The notes under the pieces are model-generated. The model did no database searches. It was not told where the DNA came from and saw only the letters and a list, made by a program, of their open reading frames with translations. Shown here one piece after another: positions 1 through 7,688 of a stretch of 28,200 bases of DNA. The DNA is from Pseudomonadota bacterium (GTDB lineage Bacteria; UBA10199; 2-02-FULL-44-16; JAAZCA01): contig JBDRBN010000054.1 of NCBI GenBank assembly GCA_043822785.1, positions 1-28,200 on the forward strand. Reading direction: 5' to 3'. The translations under genes were made by a program, and so were the position numbers. Position 1 is the first letter of the stretch; each line of letters starts with the position of its first letter.

Positions 1-118
1 GCATCATGCATCGGGCCTCCTTGCCGTTGAGCCTTGGGCGGTTCACGGTTCGGAGGCTGTTTTTTACTCCCGCAAATGTCAAACCCTGTGAGTCCCCCAG
101 CAGAGCTGGGGGTTTACC
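1..118 (-). mobile_element. Left end of an IS200/IS605-family element, with the first codons of a probable tnpA (ATG at 11) running off the window
   Basis: Subterminal hairpin CCCCCAGC-AGA-GCTGGGGG at 94-112. On the minus strand, TTGACA (82-77) and SD AAGGAGG (22-16) precede ATG CAT GAT GC. The layout resembles IS200-type left ends. Only 3 codons are visible. Confidence 0.6.
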
Positions 119-134
119 TTGAAGCAATTATAAA

Positions 135-671
135 TCAGGGCCGGCGTTGATTTCTCTTTCTCCACTTATACGGCTCTTCAAAATCAGGCTTGGGTGATGC
201 TTTGGCTGTTTCAAGAACTTGAAGTGCGAACTCAGGCAGACCGTTGTCGCCAAAATGCGTTACGTTTTCATAAGCCAGCCCCATTTTCAGAAGCTTTACA
301 CCCAGAAGCTCTCCATCGATGAGCACATGAGCAAGGGTTCTTCCAAATGGATCTTTGCCATCACGCACTATAAGAATTTGCTTTGCATTGCCTAGCATTT
401 TCTTTGTAGCTGCGGCAGCCTCTCTTCCGCCTTCTTGATCCTTGAATATGCCGTGCTCTTTGTGGATAATCTCAGGAGTATCTATGCCAAGCACGCGTAT
501 GGGCTCGCCTGCACATGAAAAGCTATCGCCATCATCGAATTTTATTTGGGAGATGAGGCAAGGTTTTGCGTTCAGCCTTTCATATTTTCTACTCTTAGCA
601 GCAGCTGATGTCTTGGCTTGGCAAATGATTATGAGAGGGATTGTGAGAACAATTATGGTTCGAAATTTCAT
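135..671 (-). CDS. Secreted thermonuclease (SNase-like) family protein
   Basis: N-terminal signal peptide. SNase-like motifs DDGDSF, IRVLGIDTPE, DPFGRTLAHV and LLKMGLA. Confidence 0.88.
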   Translation of the reverse strand: MKFRTIIVLTIPLIIICQAKTSAAAKSRKYERLNAKPCLISQIKFDDGDSFSCAGEPIRVLGIDTPEIIHKEHGIFKDQEGGREAAAATKKMLGNAKQILIVRDGKDPFGRTLAHVLIDGELLGVKLLKMGLAYENVTHFGDNGLPEFALQVLETAKASPKPDFEEPYKWRKRNQRRP

Positions 672-683
672 GCTCGATCATTC

Positions 684-1997
684 CTAATTGTGAAGAGCCA
701 TCCGCGTAAAGGCATCTGTCTCCAAAATATCTCCTAATCCGGTTCTATCCACAGCTTCCCAAAAATCCTCTGGCGAAACCTTTGTCACATCTATTCTGCT
801 CAACTGTTCCACAGCCTCTGTGTAATTTGCTGAGTATACGAGTTGATTTATGGCCTTATTTTCCTCTGGCGTCAAATGCTGCCTGAATGATCTGTGACTC
901 ACAATATCCCACATGTTGCTTTTCATCAATGCGCTTATGAGGGATGCAACCTCCGCCTCAGACCAGCGCGGCAAGAGCGAGTCATCCGATAAAGAAGTTT
1001 TGTTGAGCTCGGAATTGCTTACGATTAGAGCAAGGCCTCTGCCAGCAAGGTTCCTTTTGCCGTTCTTTAACAGCTCTTCAATGAGCTCCCTAGTACAGTC
1101 AACCTTGTCATTTGCATTTGGCAGGGCGCTTATCATGGCAGTGCGCCAATGAAGGTTTATTTCATCACGTCTACTTGCCCCCATGTCTGTATGTAGTACG
1201 CCAAGGGCTCTGCTGGCCATGAGCTCGATCTGAGCATCCAACATAGAGGTTAATCGCTTAACAGCTTGCGGCAGAAGAGGATCTTCTTCAGAGATCTCAT
1301 GCCCTGCAAACACCTGTTCAGCCACAACATCTATTTCAAAGTGATTTTCCCACGCATAAAATGTAGGGAGATCAAGTCCTAATACCTGACACGCATCATC
1401 CTGAATGGATGTTGCTGAGCGTAGTCCTCTGTCGCCAAATATGGGTGTGTATCGTACAGCAAGACCAAGCGCCATGTGCAAAATATTTTCCCACTGCTCA
1501 TTCGAGATCGGTTCACGCGTATCAGTATAATAGCTGTTAAACATAAGCGCGTTAACGCTTCTTAACGCTCCTCCGCCCGGCAGGGCATTCGGACCCATCC
1601 TCAGCTGAGCTATGATGAGCGATGCAAAGCGCTCTGCAACAAGCTCATCCTCTGTTGCTAGGTCTCTGTGCTCAAGGGCGCTTTCCCCAGCAGGCGTGCC
1701 GAACGCTAAAACGCTTTGTTCAAGATATCTGGGTGTGCTGAACAGGGGAATGGGCAGCATAGCCCTGTTGAGCATCACATCATCAACGCCCTTTTGCTCT
1801 TCCCATCCAGCAAACTCAAGGCCGCTCTCAGTTCTGACAAAATATATACGTGCTGGCGCGCCATTGATTTGCGCATGCATGACAATGAAGGGATCGTGAA
1901 GCACGCCCTTTGAATTCACTGTTGTATTTGCAGCGGAAGCAGCGCGAGCAACGCGCGTGGTGTGTGAGGGATTCTTGCGATTTGAAGCGCGGCTCAT
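684..1997 (-). CDS. Hypothetical protein (~437 aa, largely helical, no recognised domain)
   Basis: Long ORF. The ATG at 1997 overlaps the upstream TGA (ATGA coupling), which is preferred over the 2048 start in the ORF track. Confidence 0.7.
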   Translation of the reverse strand: MSRASNRKNPSHTTRVARAASAANTTVNSKGVLHDPFIVMHAQINGAPARIYFVRTESGLEFAGWEEQKGVDDVMLNRAMLPIPLFSTPRYLEQSVLAFGTPAGESALEHRDLATEDELVAERFASLIIAQLRMGPNALPGGGALRSVNALMFNSYYTDTREPISNEQWENILHMALGLAVRYTPIFGDRGLRSATSIQDDACQVLGLDLPTFYAWENHFEIDVVAEQVFAGHEISEEDPLLPQAVKRLTSMLDAQIELMASRALGVLHTDMGASRRDEINLHWRTAMISALPNANDKVDCTRELIEELLKNGKRNLAGRGLALIVSNSELNKTSLSDDSLLPRWSEAEVASLISALMKSNMWDIVSHRSFRQHLTPEENKAINQLVYSANYTEAVEQLSRIDVTKVSPEDFWEAVDRTGLGDILETDAFTRMALHN

Positions 1998-2824
1998 GCC
2001 AAGATAAATGCGCGATCCTTCCATAAAGGCGTGATTGCCAATCCCCAACCTCTGCTCCCTGACCTCTGCTCCCTGATCTCTGTTCCTTGACTTGCCGGTT
2101 TGCCCACCGGCATTTTTATTGCAGCTTGATGATTAAGTACCAGTTTTCCCTTTTCTAATCTGGGCTCCCTGATCCCTGGCTTGCTCGCCGACGATTTAGT
2201 GGCGGGTCTCTGTTCCCCGTTCTCTAGCTTGCCCGCCGACGATTCAGTGGCGGGTCTCTGTTCCCTTGTCCATGTTCCCTGATCCCTGTTTTCAGTTTGC
2301 CCTAAGCTATGAACATATGGTTTCGCAACTTCCCCTTTAATAGGAGGAAATGTAAAAACATGTTCTTCAAAGGTAATCTGTTCAAAATCAGTTCGATCTG
2401 GTGCTGCATCCATCGCGTCATCGCATTTGCGATGAAATGCATCGATTGATTCAGTATCATTGAGAGACGCATGTGGATCGCTGAAGATGCCGGGAGCAAA
2501 AATAGGCAATGCAGATAAGCCTGGACAGTACAGTTTTGTCTGAAGCTGTGTTTTTCGATCAGAGATATTCGAAGTGGAAGCATTGGATGTGCGTTTTGTA
2601 AGCAGGGCATTCAGATGAGCAAGTGCATAAGCTCCGCCCTCTTTTGTCTCTTTAGCATCATTGTTTAAGAAAGGGTCGGTGACAAATGTGGATGCAGCAT
2701 TATTAAAAGCAATTGCCGAATTAATTGGAGCAACTAAAAGACCAAAACAGGGGTTTGAAGCTGTTGCGACAGCAGACAGAGCTGGCGCCATAAGTGGCAT
2801 GTACGTTAAAACCGCATACGACAT
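1994..2824 (-). CDS. Hypothetical protein with a repeat-derived C-terminal third
   Basis: 276-aa ORF whose stop is coupled to the next start. Preceded by the GCAAC-N14-GCCGATAA motif. Confidence 0.6.
   Translation of the reverse strand: MSYAVLTYMPLMAPALSAVATASNPCFGLLVAPINSAIAFNNAASTFVTDPFLNNDAKETKEGGAYALAHLNALLTKRTSNASTSNISDRKTQLQTKLYCPGLSALPIFAPGIFSDPHASLNDTESIDAFHRKCDDAMDAAPDRTDFEQITFEEHVFTFPPIKGEVAKPYVHSLGQTENRDQGTWTREQRPATESSAGKLENGEQRPATKSSASKPGIREPRLEKGKLVLNHQAAIKMPVGKPASQGTEIREQRSGSRGWGLAITPLWKDRAFILA
2179..2265. repeat. Two 39-bp direct repeats (period 48), each with a CCCGCC..GGCGGG-type hairpin, embedded in GGGAACA/GGGATCA-type heptamers (~2041-2290)
   Basis: 2179-2217 and 2227-2265 differ at 2 positions. 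They encode EQRPATESSAGK and EQRPATKSSASK. Confidence 0.9.
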
Positions 2825-2858
2825 ATCCCTAACCCGACCCTTCTTAGTGTCATCGTTC

Positions 2859-2885
2859 TTATCGGCTTTATTTCAGCTAAGTTGC
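2859..2885 (-). promoter_or_regulatory. Sigma-28-like promoter GCAAC-N14-GCCGATAA
   Basis: Minus strand reads GCAAC ttagctgaaataaa GCCGATAA, 35 nt before ATG 2824. GCCGATAA is the FliA -10 consensus. Confidence 0.65.
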
Positions 2886-2939
2886 GTAAATGGTAACTTT
2901 TTTCTAAAATAATTTATTCTTATTTTTTAAATAGTTATA

Positions 2940-3818
2940 TTACTTGGTAAGACGAGAATAGGCTTCAGCGTACTTGGTCGCAGTCTTTTCCACCACATTT
3001 GGCGGAAGGCTGGGCGCTGGCGGCTTCTTATTCCATCCAGATTTTATGAGCCAATCTCTCACATATTGCTTATCAAATGATGGCTGCGGCTTGCCAGGCG
3101 CATAGCCATCCACAGGCCAGAAGCGCGATGAGTCAGGAGTGAGCACTTCATCTATTAGAATAAGCTCATTACCGAGCATGCCAAACTCAAATTTGGTATC
3201 TGCAATGACGATTCCGCGCTCACGGGCATAGGAGGCTGATTCATTGTATATCTTTATAGATATGTCGCGTATGCGCCTTGCGAGCTCGCTGCCTATTAGA
3301 TCTACAGTCTTTTCAAAGCTGATGTTCTCATCATGCTCGCCGATTTCTGCCTTGGTCGAAGGAGTAAAGATAGTTTCAGGAAGTTTCGAAGATTCCAAAA
3401 GACCTTTTGGCAAACCTATACCGCAAACAGTACCCTTGCTTTGATACTCCTTCCAGCCTGAGCCAGAAAGATAACCCCTGACAATGGCCTCAACCGGCAG
3501 CGGACTAGCTTTTTTCACCACCATGCCTCGTTCGCCTATTTTCTCTATCCACTGTTTATCCTTCACAACATCTGCAACTGTTTTGTCGCTCATCTGGTTG
3601 GGGATGATGGATCTTGTGCGCTCAAACCAAAATCGCGACATCTTTGTGAGTATCTCGCCCTTGCCTGGAATGGGCGTGGGAAGCACCACATCGAATGTGG
3701 AAATCCTATCAGTGGCGATGATGAGAAGCAGATCCCCCAGATCGTAGATATCGCGCACCTTGCCTCGGCCTTTGAGTCTAAGTCCTGAAATATTGGTCTC
3801 TACAAGTATGCTAGTCAT
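2940..3818 (-). CDS. purC: Phosphoribosylaminoimidazole-succinocarboxamide (SAICAR) synthase
   Basis: Motifs GKVRDIY, TDRISTFD, ADTKFEFG, DEVLTPDSSRFW and DKQYVRDW. GGAGG SD lies before ATG 3818. Confidence 0.97.
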   Translation of the reverse strand: MTSILVETNISGLRLKGRGKVRDIYDLGDLLLIIATDRISTFDVVLPTPIPGKGEILTKMSRFWFERTRSIIPNQMSDKTVADVVKDKQWIEKIGERGMVVKKASPLPVEAIVRGYLSGSGWKEYQSKGTVCGIGLPKGLLESSKLPETIFTPSTKAEIGEHDENISFEKTVDLIGSELARRIRDISIKIYNESASYARERGIVIADTKFEFGMLGNELILIDEVLTPDSSRFWPVDGYAPGKPQPSFDKQYVRDWLIKSGWNKKPPAPSLPPNVVEKTATKYAEAYSRLTK

Positions 3819-3838
3819 AATCACCTCCAGTGTATAAC

Positions 3839-3870
3839 AAAAAGCCCCTATGGAATCTGCCATAGGGGCT
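3839..3870 (-). terminator. Rho-independent terminator of the lipoprotein pair
   Basis: 11-bp stem AGCCCCTATGG/CCATAGGGGCT (3843-3853, 3860-3870) followed by a U-tract on the minus strand, 22 nt after stop 3893. Confidence 0.85.
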
Positions 3871-3892
3871 ACTTAACTACCTAATTCCTTAG

Positions 3893-4606
3893 TTATGAGC
3901 AATTACAATCGGCAGTGAGCGTACATGTGCCTGAATTGTCTCCTTGCGTTGCCGAAACAGTGTTGGCAGCACATGTCGGAGAATTGGTCTCAGCATCAAA
4001 GTCTGTAAATGTCAGGTCGCTCTGGTAGGTGAGCGTAGCATCATATAGATTATCCAGAGCCATGTCTGTCAATTTCATCGTGGCACTGCCGTTTATTGTA
4101 ATCTGTTGATCCTGAGTCATGTCAATGGTCGTATTGGTCATGGCAAACGGCGAAACTGTACCATTGAGCGTAACATTTGTCTGTTCGGTTTGCAGATTCG
4201 TGGTGTCAACGTTGACCGTGGATGCGCACGAGCTAAGTGCAAGCGCGCCATTGGTGGTAGTTAGTATCGTCAATGAAATCGCAGCGCCCACAACCTGTTG
4301 ATAGCAGCTCATCGTACCAGACAGCGTCCAAGTGCCGCCACCAGTGCATGCTGTAGGACCCAAGGCGACATTCACATCCTGGGCATCGGCTGCGCTGTTA
4401 CCATTTGGACATTGCGCTACCAGCAATTCTAACATGGCAGGCAACACAGCATCCATTGGCATACCCCTGTCACACAGTTCATAAAGCACTGCCACCTGCG
4501 CTGCGGTTAGGCCACCACCGCCACCACCTCCGCCGCCAGAACTGCCTCCGCATGAGGCAAAAAACAACGCCATGATCAGAACTACAGAGATAAAGATTTT
4601 CTTCAT
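3893..4606 (-). CDS. Cys-rich lipoprotein of unknown function
   Basis: MKKIFISVVLIMALFFAS-C lipobox followed by a poly-Gly tether. GGAGG SD before 4606. CTGGGT motif. Confidence 0.85.
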   Translation of the reverse strand: MKKIFISVVLIMALFFASCGGSSGGGGGGGGGLTAAQVAVLYELCDRGMPMDAVLPAMLELLVAQCPNGNSAADAQDVNVALGPTACTGGGTWTLSGTMSCYQQVVGAAISLTILTTTNGALALSSCASTVNVDTTNLQTEQTNVTLNGTVSPFAMTNTTIDMTQDQQITINGSATMKLTDMALDNLYDATLTYQSDLTFTDFDAETNSPTCAANTVSATQGDNSGTCTLTADCNCS

Positions 4607-4644
4607 AACACCTCCCCTTTTCAAGAAATCAGATAACAAGCGAT

Positions 4645-5184
4645 TCAACTACAATCAGCTTCGCATCCTTCTCCTGCAGTTGTGGGCTCATTGAGATTAC
4701 ATGTGGTTGTGCCAGCAGTGCAGGTTATGTTGATGGTGCCAGCGCAGTTGCCCTCGTTGAAGTTGATATCATCAGCTGTGACCGATGAGCAGTCATCGCC
4801 AAAGTCGGTCATATTTATGTCTGCTGTTTGAGCTGCGTTATCCACTGTGACAGTGCCGGTGAAGTTTTGATTATCTTGCGATTTACAATTGTCTGCTGTT
4901 ACCGTGACGGTCTCTGCTGCGATGTTGATATCCATCGTACCCCCACCCGGGCAGGCGCATTGCGCTAGCTGCTTGGCCAGCTCAGCTTCTGTCGTGACGC
5001 CAGCCTCGAGCTCTGCACCCACATTATTCAGCCCGCAAGCTTGTAGCACACCAAAAAAGACATCTGCCGCGGCTTCAGCCTGCTGGGCAGCTGTACCGCC
5101 GCCGCCACCGCCATCACTGCTTCCACCACATGCAACAAAAAACATGACTGACGAGATCACAACAAATACCTTTACGTTTCTCAT
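4645..5184 (-). CDS. Cys-rich lipoprotein of unknown function, probable distant paralog of the downstream gene
   Basis: FFVA-C lipobox, GGSSDGGGGGG tether, CPGGGT motif, and a C-terminal ..ADCS similar to ..ADCNCS. Confidence 0.85.
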   Translation of the reverse strand: MRNVKVFVVISSVMFFVACGGSSDGGGGGGTAAQQAEAAADVFFGVLQACGLNNVGAELEAGVTTEAELAKQLAQCACPGGGTMDINIAAETVTVTADNCKSQDNQNFTGTVTVDNAAQTADINMTDFGDDCSSVTADDINFNEGNCAGTINITCTAGTTTCNLNEPTTAGEGCEADCS

Positions 5185-5223
5185 GACCCCCCCTTACTTG
5201 AAAGCTGTGAGAATGGTTTTAGT

Positions 5224-5252
5224 AAAATAACCCCTGTACGCTACCCTGTCAA
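5224..5252 (-). promoter_or_regulatory. Possible sigma-70 promoter for the lipoprotein pair
   Basis: Minus strand TTGACA-N17-TATTTT, overlapping the queF stop codon. Confidence 0.4.
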
Positions 5253-5608
5253 TCGCGGTTTCCGTGCGTTGCAATAACAGCTGTAGCAATGCCGCCCCTT
5301 ACGTTAAAATGGGCTTTTATCTCCATCCACCTGGGCAAGACAGCGGCTACCAGATCATCGAGAATGCGGTTTGTCACTGCCTCGTGAAATGCGCCTTGGT
5401 CGCGATAGCTCCAAAGATATAACTTTAGCGATTTGAGCTCCACACAAGTCTTGTTTGGAATGTAGCGGATTTCTATTCTTGCAAAATCCGGCTGTCCAGT
5501 CATGGGGCACAGACAGCTAAATTCAGGACAGTCCATTTCTATCACGTAATTACGTTCAGGTTTGGGATTTTTAAAAGTCTTAAGATCTTTGGAAGGCTTA
5601 GTGCCCAT
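5249..5608 (-). CDS. queF: NADPH-dependent 7-cyano-7-deazaguanine (preQ0) reductase, unimodular type
   Basis: [16 protein letters not shown], QueF motif [11 protein letters not shown] and VRGG. Start is ATG 5608 or TTG 5620. Confidence 0.96.
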   Translation of the reverse strand: MGTKPSKDLKTFKNPKPERNYVIEMDCPEFSCLCPMTGQPDFARIEIRYIPNKTCVELKSLKLYLWSYRDQGAFHEAVTNRILDDLVAAVLPRWMEIKAHFNVRGGIATAVIATHGNRD

Positions 5609-5668
5609 GAAAACCAGCAATACCTCTCAACGTAAGCTCTCGCAAGAAAAAACAGAAGATAAACGCAA

Positions 5669-5739
5669 AAGCTAGAAGTCAGAAGTTAGAGGTCAGAATT
5701 TCCGGATTCTGACTTCTGACTTCTAGCTTCTAGCCTCTG
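5669..5739. repeat. Inverted heptamer array (AGAAGTC-type / CTGACTT-type)
   Basis: 5670-5686 is the exact reverse complement of 5712-5728. Both arms have 7-nt periodicity. Confidence 0.9.
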
Positions 5740-5742
5740 CCT

Positions 5743-7434
5743 TTACTGCAGACACGCCTGTGCCACATCGTCTCCTGTAACCAGCGAGTCCAGATTTGTG
5801 ATGCTTATGGAGCCGTCCTCTCCAATTGTCACCTCATATACCTGCCATACATCCTTGCCAAAAGGAGATGTGGGCACAGTATAGAGCTTAGGAAGACCTG
5901 AACCAGGTCCAGAGGCTATCACTTGCGCCTCCGAGGTTGTGAGATCACCATCGCCAGAAAAATTATCCACACAGAAGCGATATATACCAGGATAAATTCC
6001 TGGGACGACCGTGACGTTCTCTGGCCCTTTCCAATTAACATCATCGGTGTCGAGTTCGATAAATGGTGCACCTGTGAGCGAGCCCTTGCTCACATCCAAG
6101 ATCGCATCCTTATTTCCAAAATAGATCTGTATGCTGCCATCCATGCTTATAAAATGAGAATCCAGATCCCTGGGCACAGCACTCGACTCGGCTCCCCATG
6201 TGAGCGTAGTCTGAAGTATGGGATCTTCGAGATTAAAATCGCCTATATCCTCGCAGCCAGCATCGCCGCATGCAAGACTGTTGTCAGGGACGTCGCCTGT
6301 TTTCGCAAAGCTCCTAAACTGACCTTTGCGTGCATTGCAGTCGTAGCTAGTAGCTCTGGCAACGAGAACGCAAAAATTGCCTTCACTGTCGCTCTGGGTT
6401 GAATTTCTTGCCCTCTCTGTTCCGCCTGACTCTTCAGACAGATCGCAATACACAAATGCCAATTCATTTGGATCATCCCCAGAGGATGCTGTGACAGTAC
6501 CAGTGAGGCAGGTAAAATCTGCTGGCCTGGCTGCATTCCACCACCCCCATCGGTTTATTGTTCCATAGAAGTATTTGGTAGTATCGGTGCTGCCGCAGTT
6601 TCTGTTAAATATGCTATACTCGCTCCACACGGCTCTACCATCATCGAGAGACCAAGACTGCATTGGGTCGTTAAGAGTCGCACATTCGGAAGGACCTAAT
6701 ACAGGAATTTTTACCTCTGATGTAGAGCTCGCGCATAGCGTTACATCGCTTCCGCTAGCGTCCTCACAGCTTATGTTGAGCATTCCGCCTGACATGACCG
6801 ATACCTGGCTTGAGGTGAGCCTCACTCCAGTAAAGGATCCAGGGGCTGCGTCGATGCTGCTTAAGATGGTAAGCGAGCAGGTGACAGTGCCAACTGCAGG
6901 CGTCGTGCCATCAGCAGCGCATGCAGTGCCGGCGCCTATAGTGAGTTCAGCCCCTGTGTCAACATCCGCCACCGTGCCACCTGCCTCGATATTATCAATT
7001 TGTAAGGACGTCGCTTTTTGTGTCATCTGAATCGGAGGGATGTTTGTGGTCTTGCCGCCGACTATAGTGAAGTCGTGACATGTGCTCACATAGTTTGTGC
7101 ATTGATAGCAAAGGGTCACAGCATCTCCCTCATCTATGCCCGAAGCCGAGTACCATCCCTGGCTGTTTGCAGTTGCAACAACAGTGCCGACTGCCTTAGA
7201 TATGCTAGACGCTGGCGCGACACCCCCTACTGAAACGATAACGTCAGCAACTATGCCTCCTGTCTCCGCATCCACAACATTGCCAAGTATGCATCCCTTT
7301 GTAGAGCCTCCGCAGGCATCTGTGTCACCTTCTCCTCCGCCCCCTCCGTTGCCATCCGTCACCACCTTGCCGCAGGAAAAAATAGCGATACAAAAGAGCA
7401 GCACACATATAATGAACTGATTTCCCCTGGACAT
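5743..7434 (-). CDS. Large Cys-rich lipoprotein: carboxypeptidase-regulatory-like beta-sandwich domain(s) plus a C-terminal YfaP/DUF2135-like domain
   Basis: IFS-C lipobox with Gly tether. GNVVDAETG..ANSQGWY resembles the carboxypeptidase-regulatory-like repeat. LTW..DLDSH..LDTDDVNWKGPENVTV is YfaP-like. GGAGG SD before 7434. Confidence 0.8.
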   Translation of the reverse strand: MSRGNQFIICVLLFCIAIFSCGKVVTDGNGGGGGEGDTDACGGSTKGCILGNVVDAETGGIVADVIVSVGGVAPASSISKAVGTVVATANSQGWYSASGIDEGDAVTLCYQCTNYVSTCHDFTIVGGKTTNIPPIQMTQKATSLQIDNIEAGGTVADVDTGAELTIGAGTACAADGTTPAVGTVTCSLTILSSIDAAPGSFTGVRLTSSQVSVMSGGMLNISCEDASGSDVTLCASSTSEVKIPVLGPSECATLNDPMQSWSLDDGRAVWSEYSIFNRNCGSTDTTKYFYGTINRWGWWNAARPADFTCLTGTVTASSGDDPNELAFVYCDLSEESGGTERARNSTQSDSEGNFCVLVARATSYDCNARKGQFRSFAKTGDVPDNSLACGDAGCEDIGDFNLEDPILQTTLTWGAESSAVPRDLDSHFISMDGSIQIYFGNKDAILDVSKGSLTGAPFIELDTDDVNWKGPENVTVVPGIYPGIYRFCVDNFSGDGDLTTSEAQVIASGPGSGLPKLYTVPTSPFGKDVWQVYEVTIGEDGSISITNLDSLVTGDDVAQACLQ

Positions 7435-7447
7435 GCTTACCTCCCAT

Positions 7448-7542
7448 GAGATCCTTCGACTCTGCCGAGCACTCAGCAAATGCTGAGTGCTCGGCTTCGC
7501 TCAGGATGAGGGGTCGGGTAAAAACCACCGACCCCTCATTTT
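7448..7542. repeat. REP-like half element with a 15-bp palindrome, fused to a second 12-bp hairpin
   Basis: GCCGAGCACTCAGCA-aa-TGCTGAGTGCTCGGC (7464-7495) inside GAGATCCTTCG..CTCAGGATGA. ATGAGGGGTCGG/CCGACCCCTCAT at 7506-7517 and 7528-7539. Confidence 0.85.
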
Positions 7543-7688
7543 AACATACGACAGGCTGACTACATAGAAAACATCTTCAAGTGGAGACTCCTAGCACATT
7601 ACAATTACTTGAATTATAATGTGAATACAAGACCGAACCTCGCTTGCCAGTTGCATAAGCGTTTTCTTTCTGCTACAGCGAGCGTCCA

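Noticed and set aside
2179..2265. Possible mini CRISPR array (palindromic direct repeats)
   Set aside because: Only two units with a 9-nt spacer, in-frame within an ORF, and no cas genes in the window.
5249..5620. queF as part of a 7-deazaguanine DNA-modification (dpd) defence island
   Set aside because: No dpdA/tgt-like, queC/D/E or folE neighbours. It looks like an ordinary queuosine-pathway gene.
5621..5742. Possible preQ1 riboswitch upstream of queF
   Set aside because: No preQ1-like stem-loop with an A-rich 3' tail on the minus strand. The region is explained by the heptamer array.
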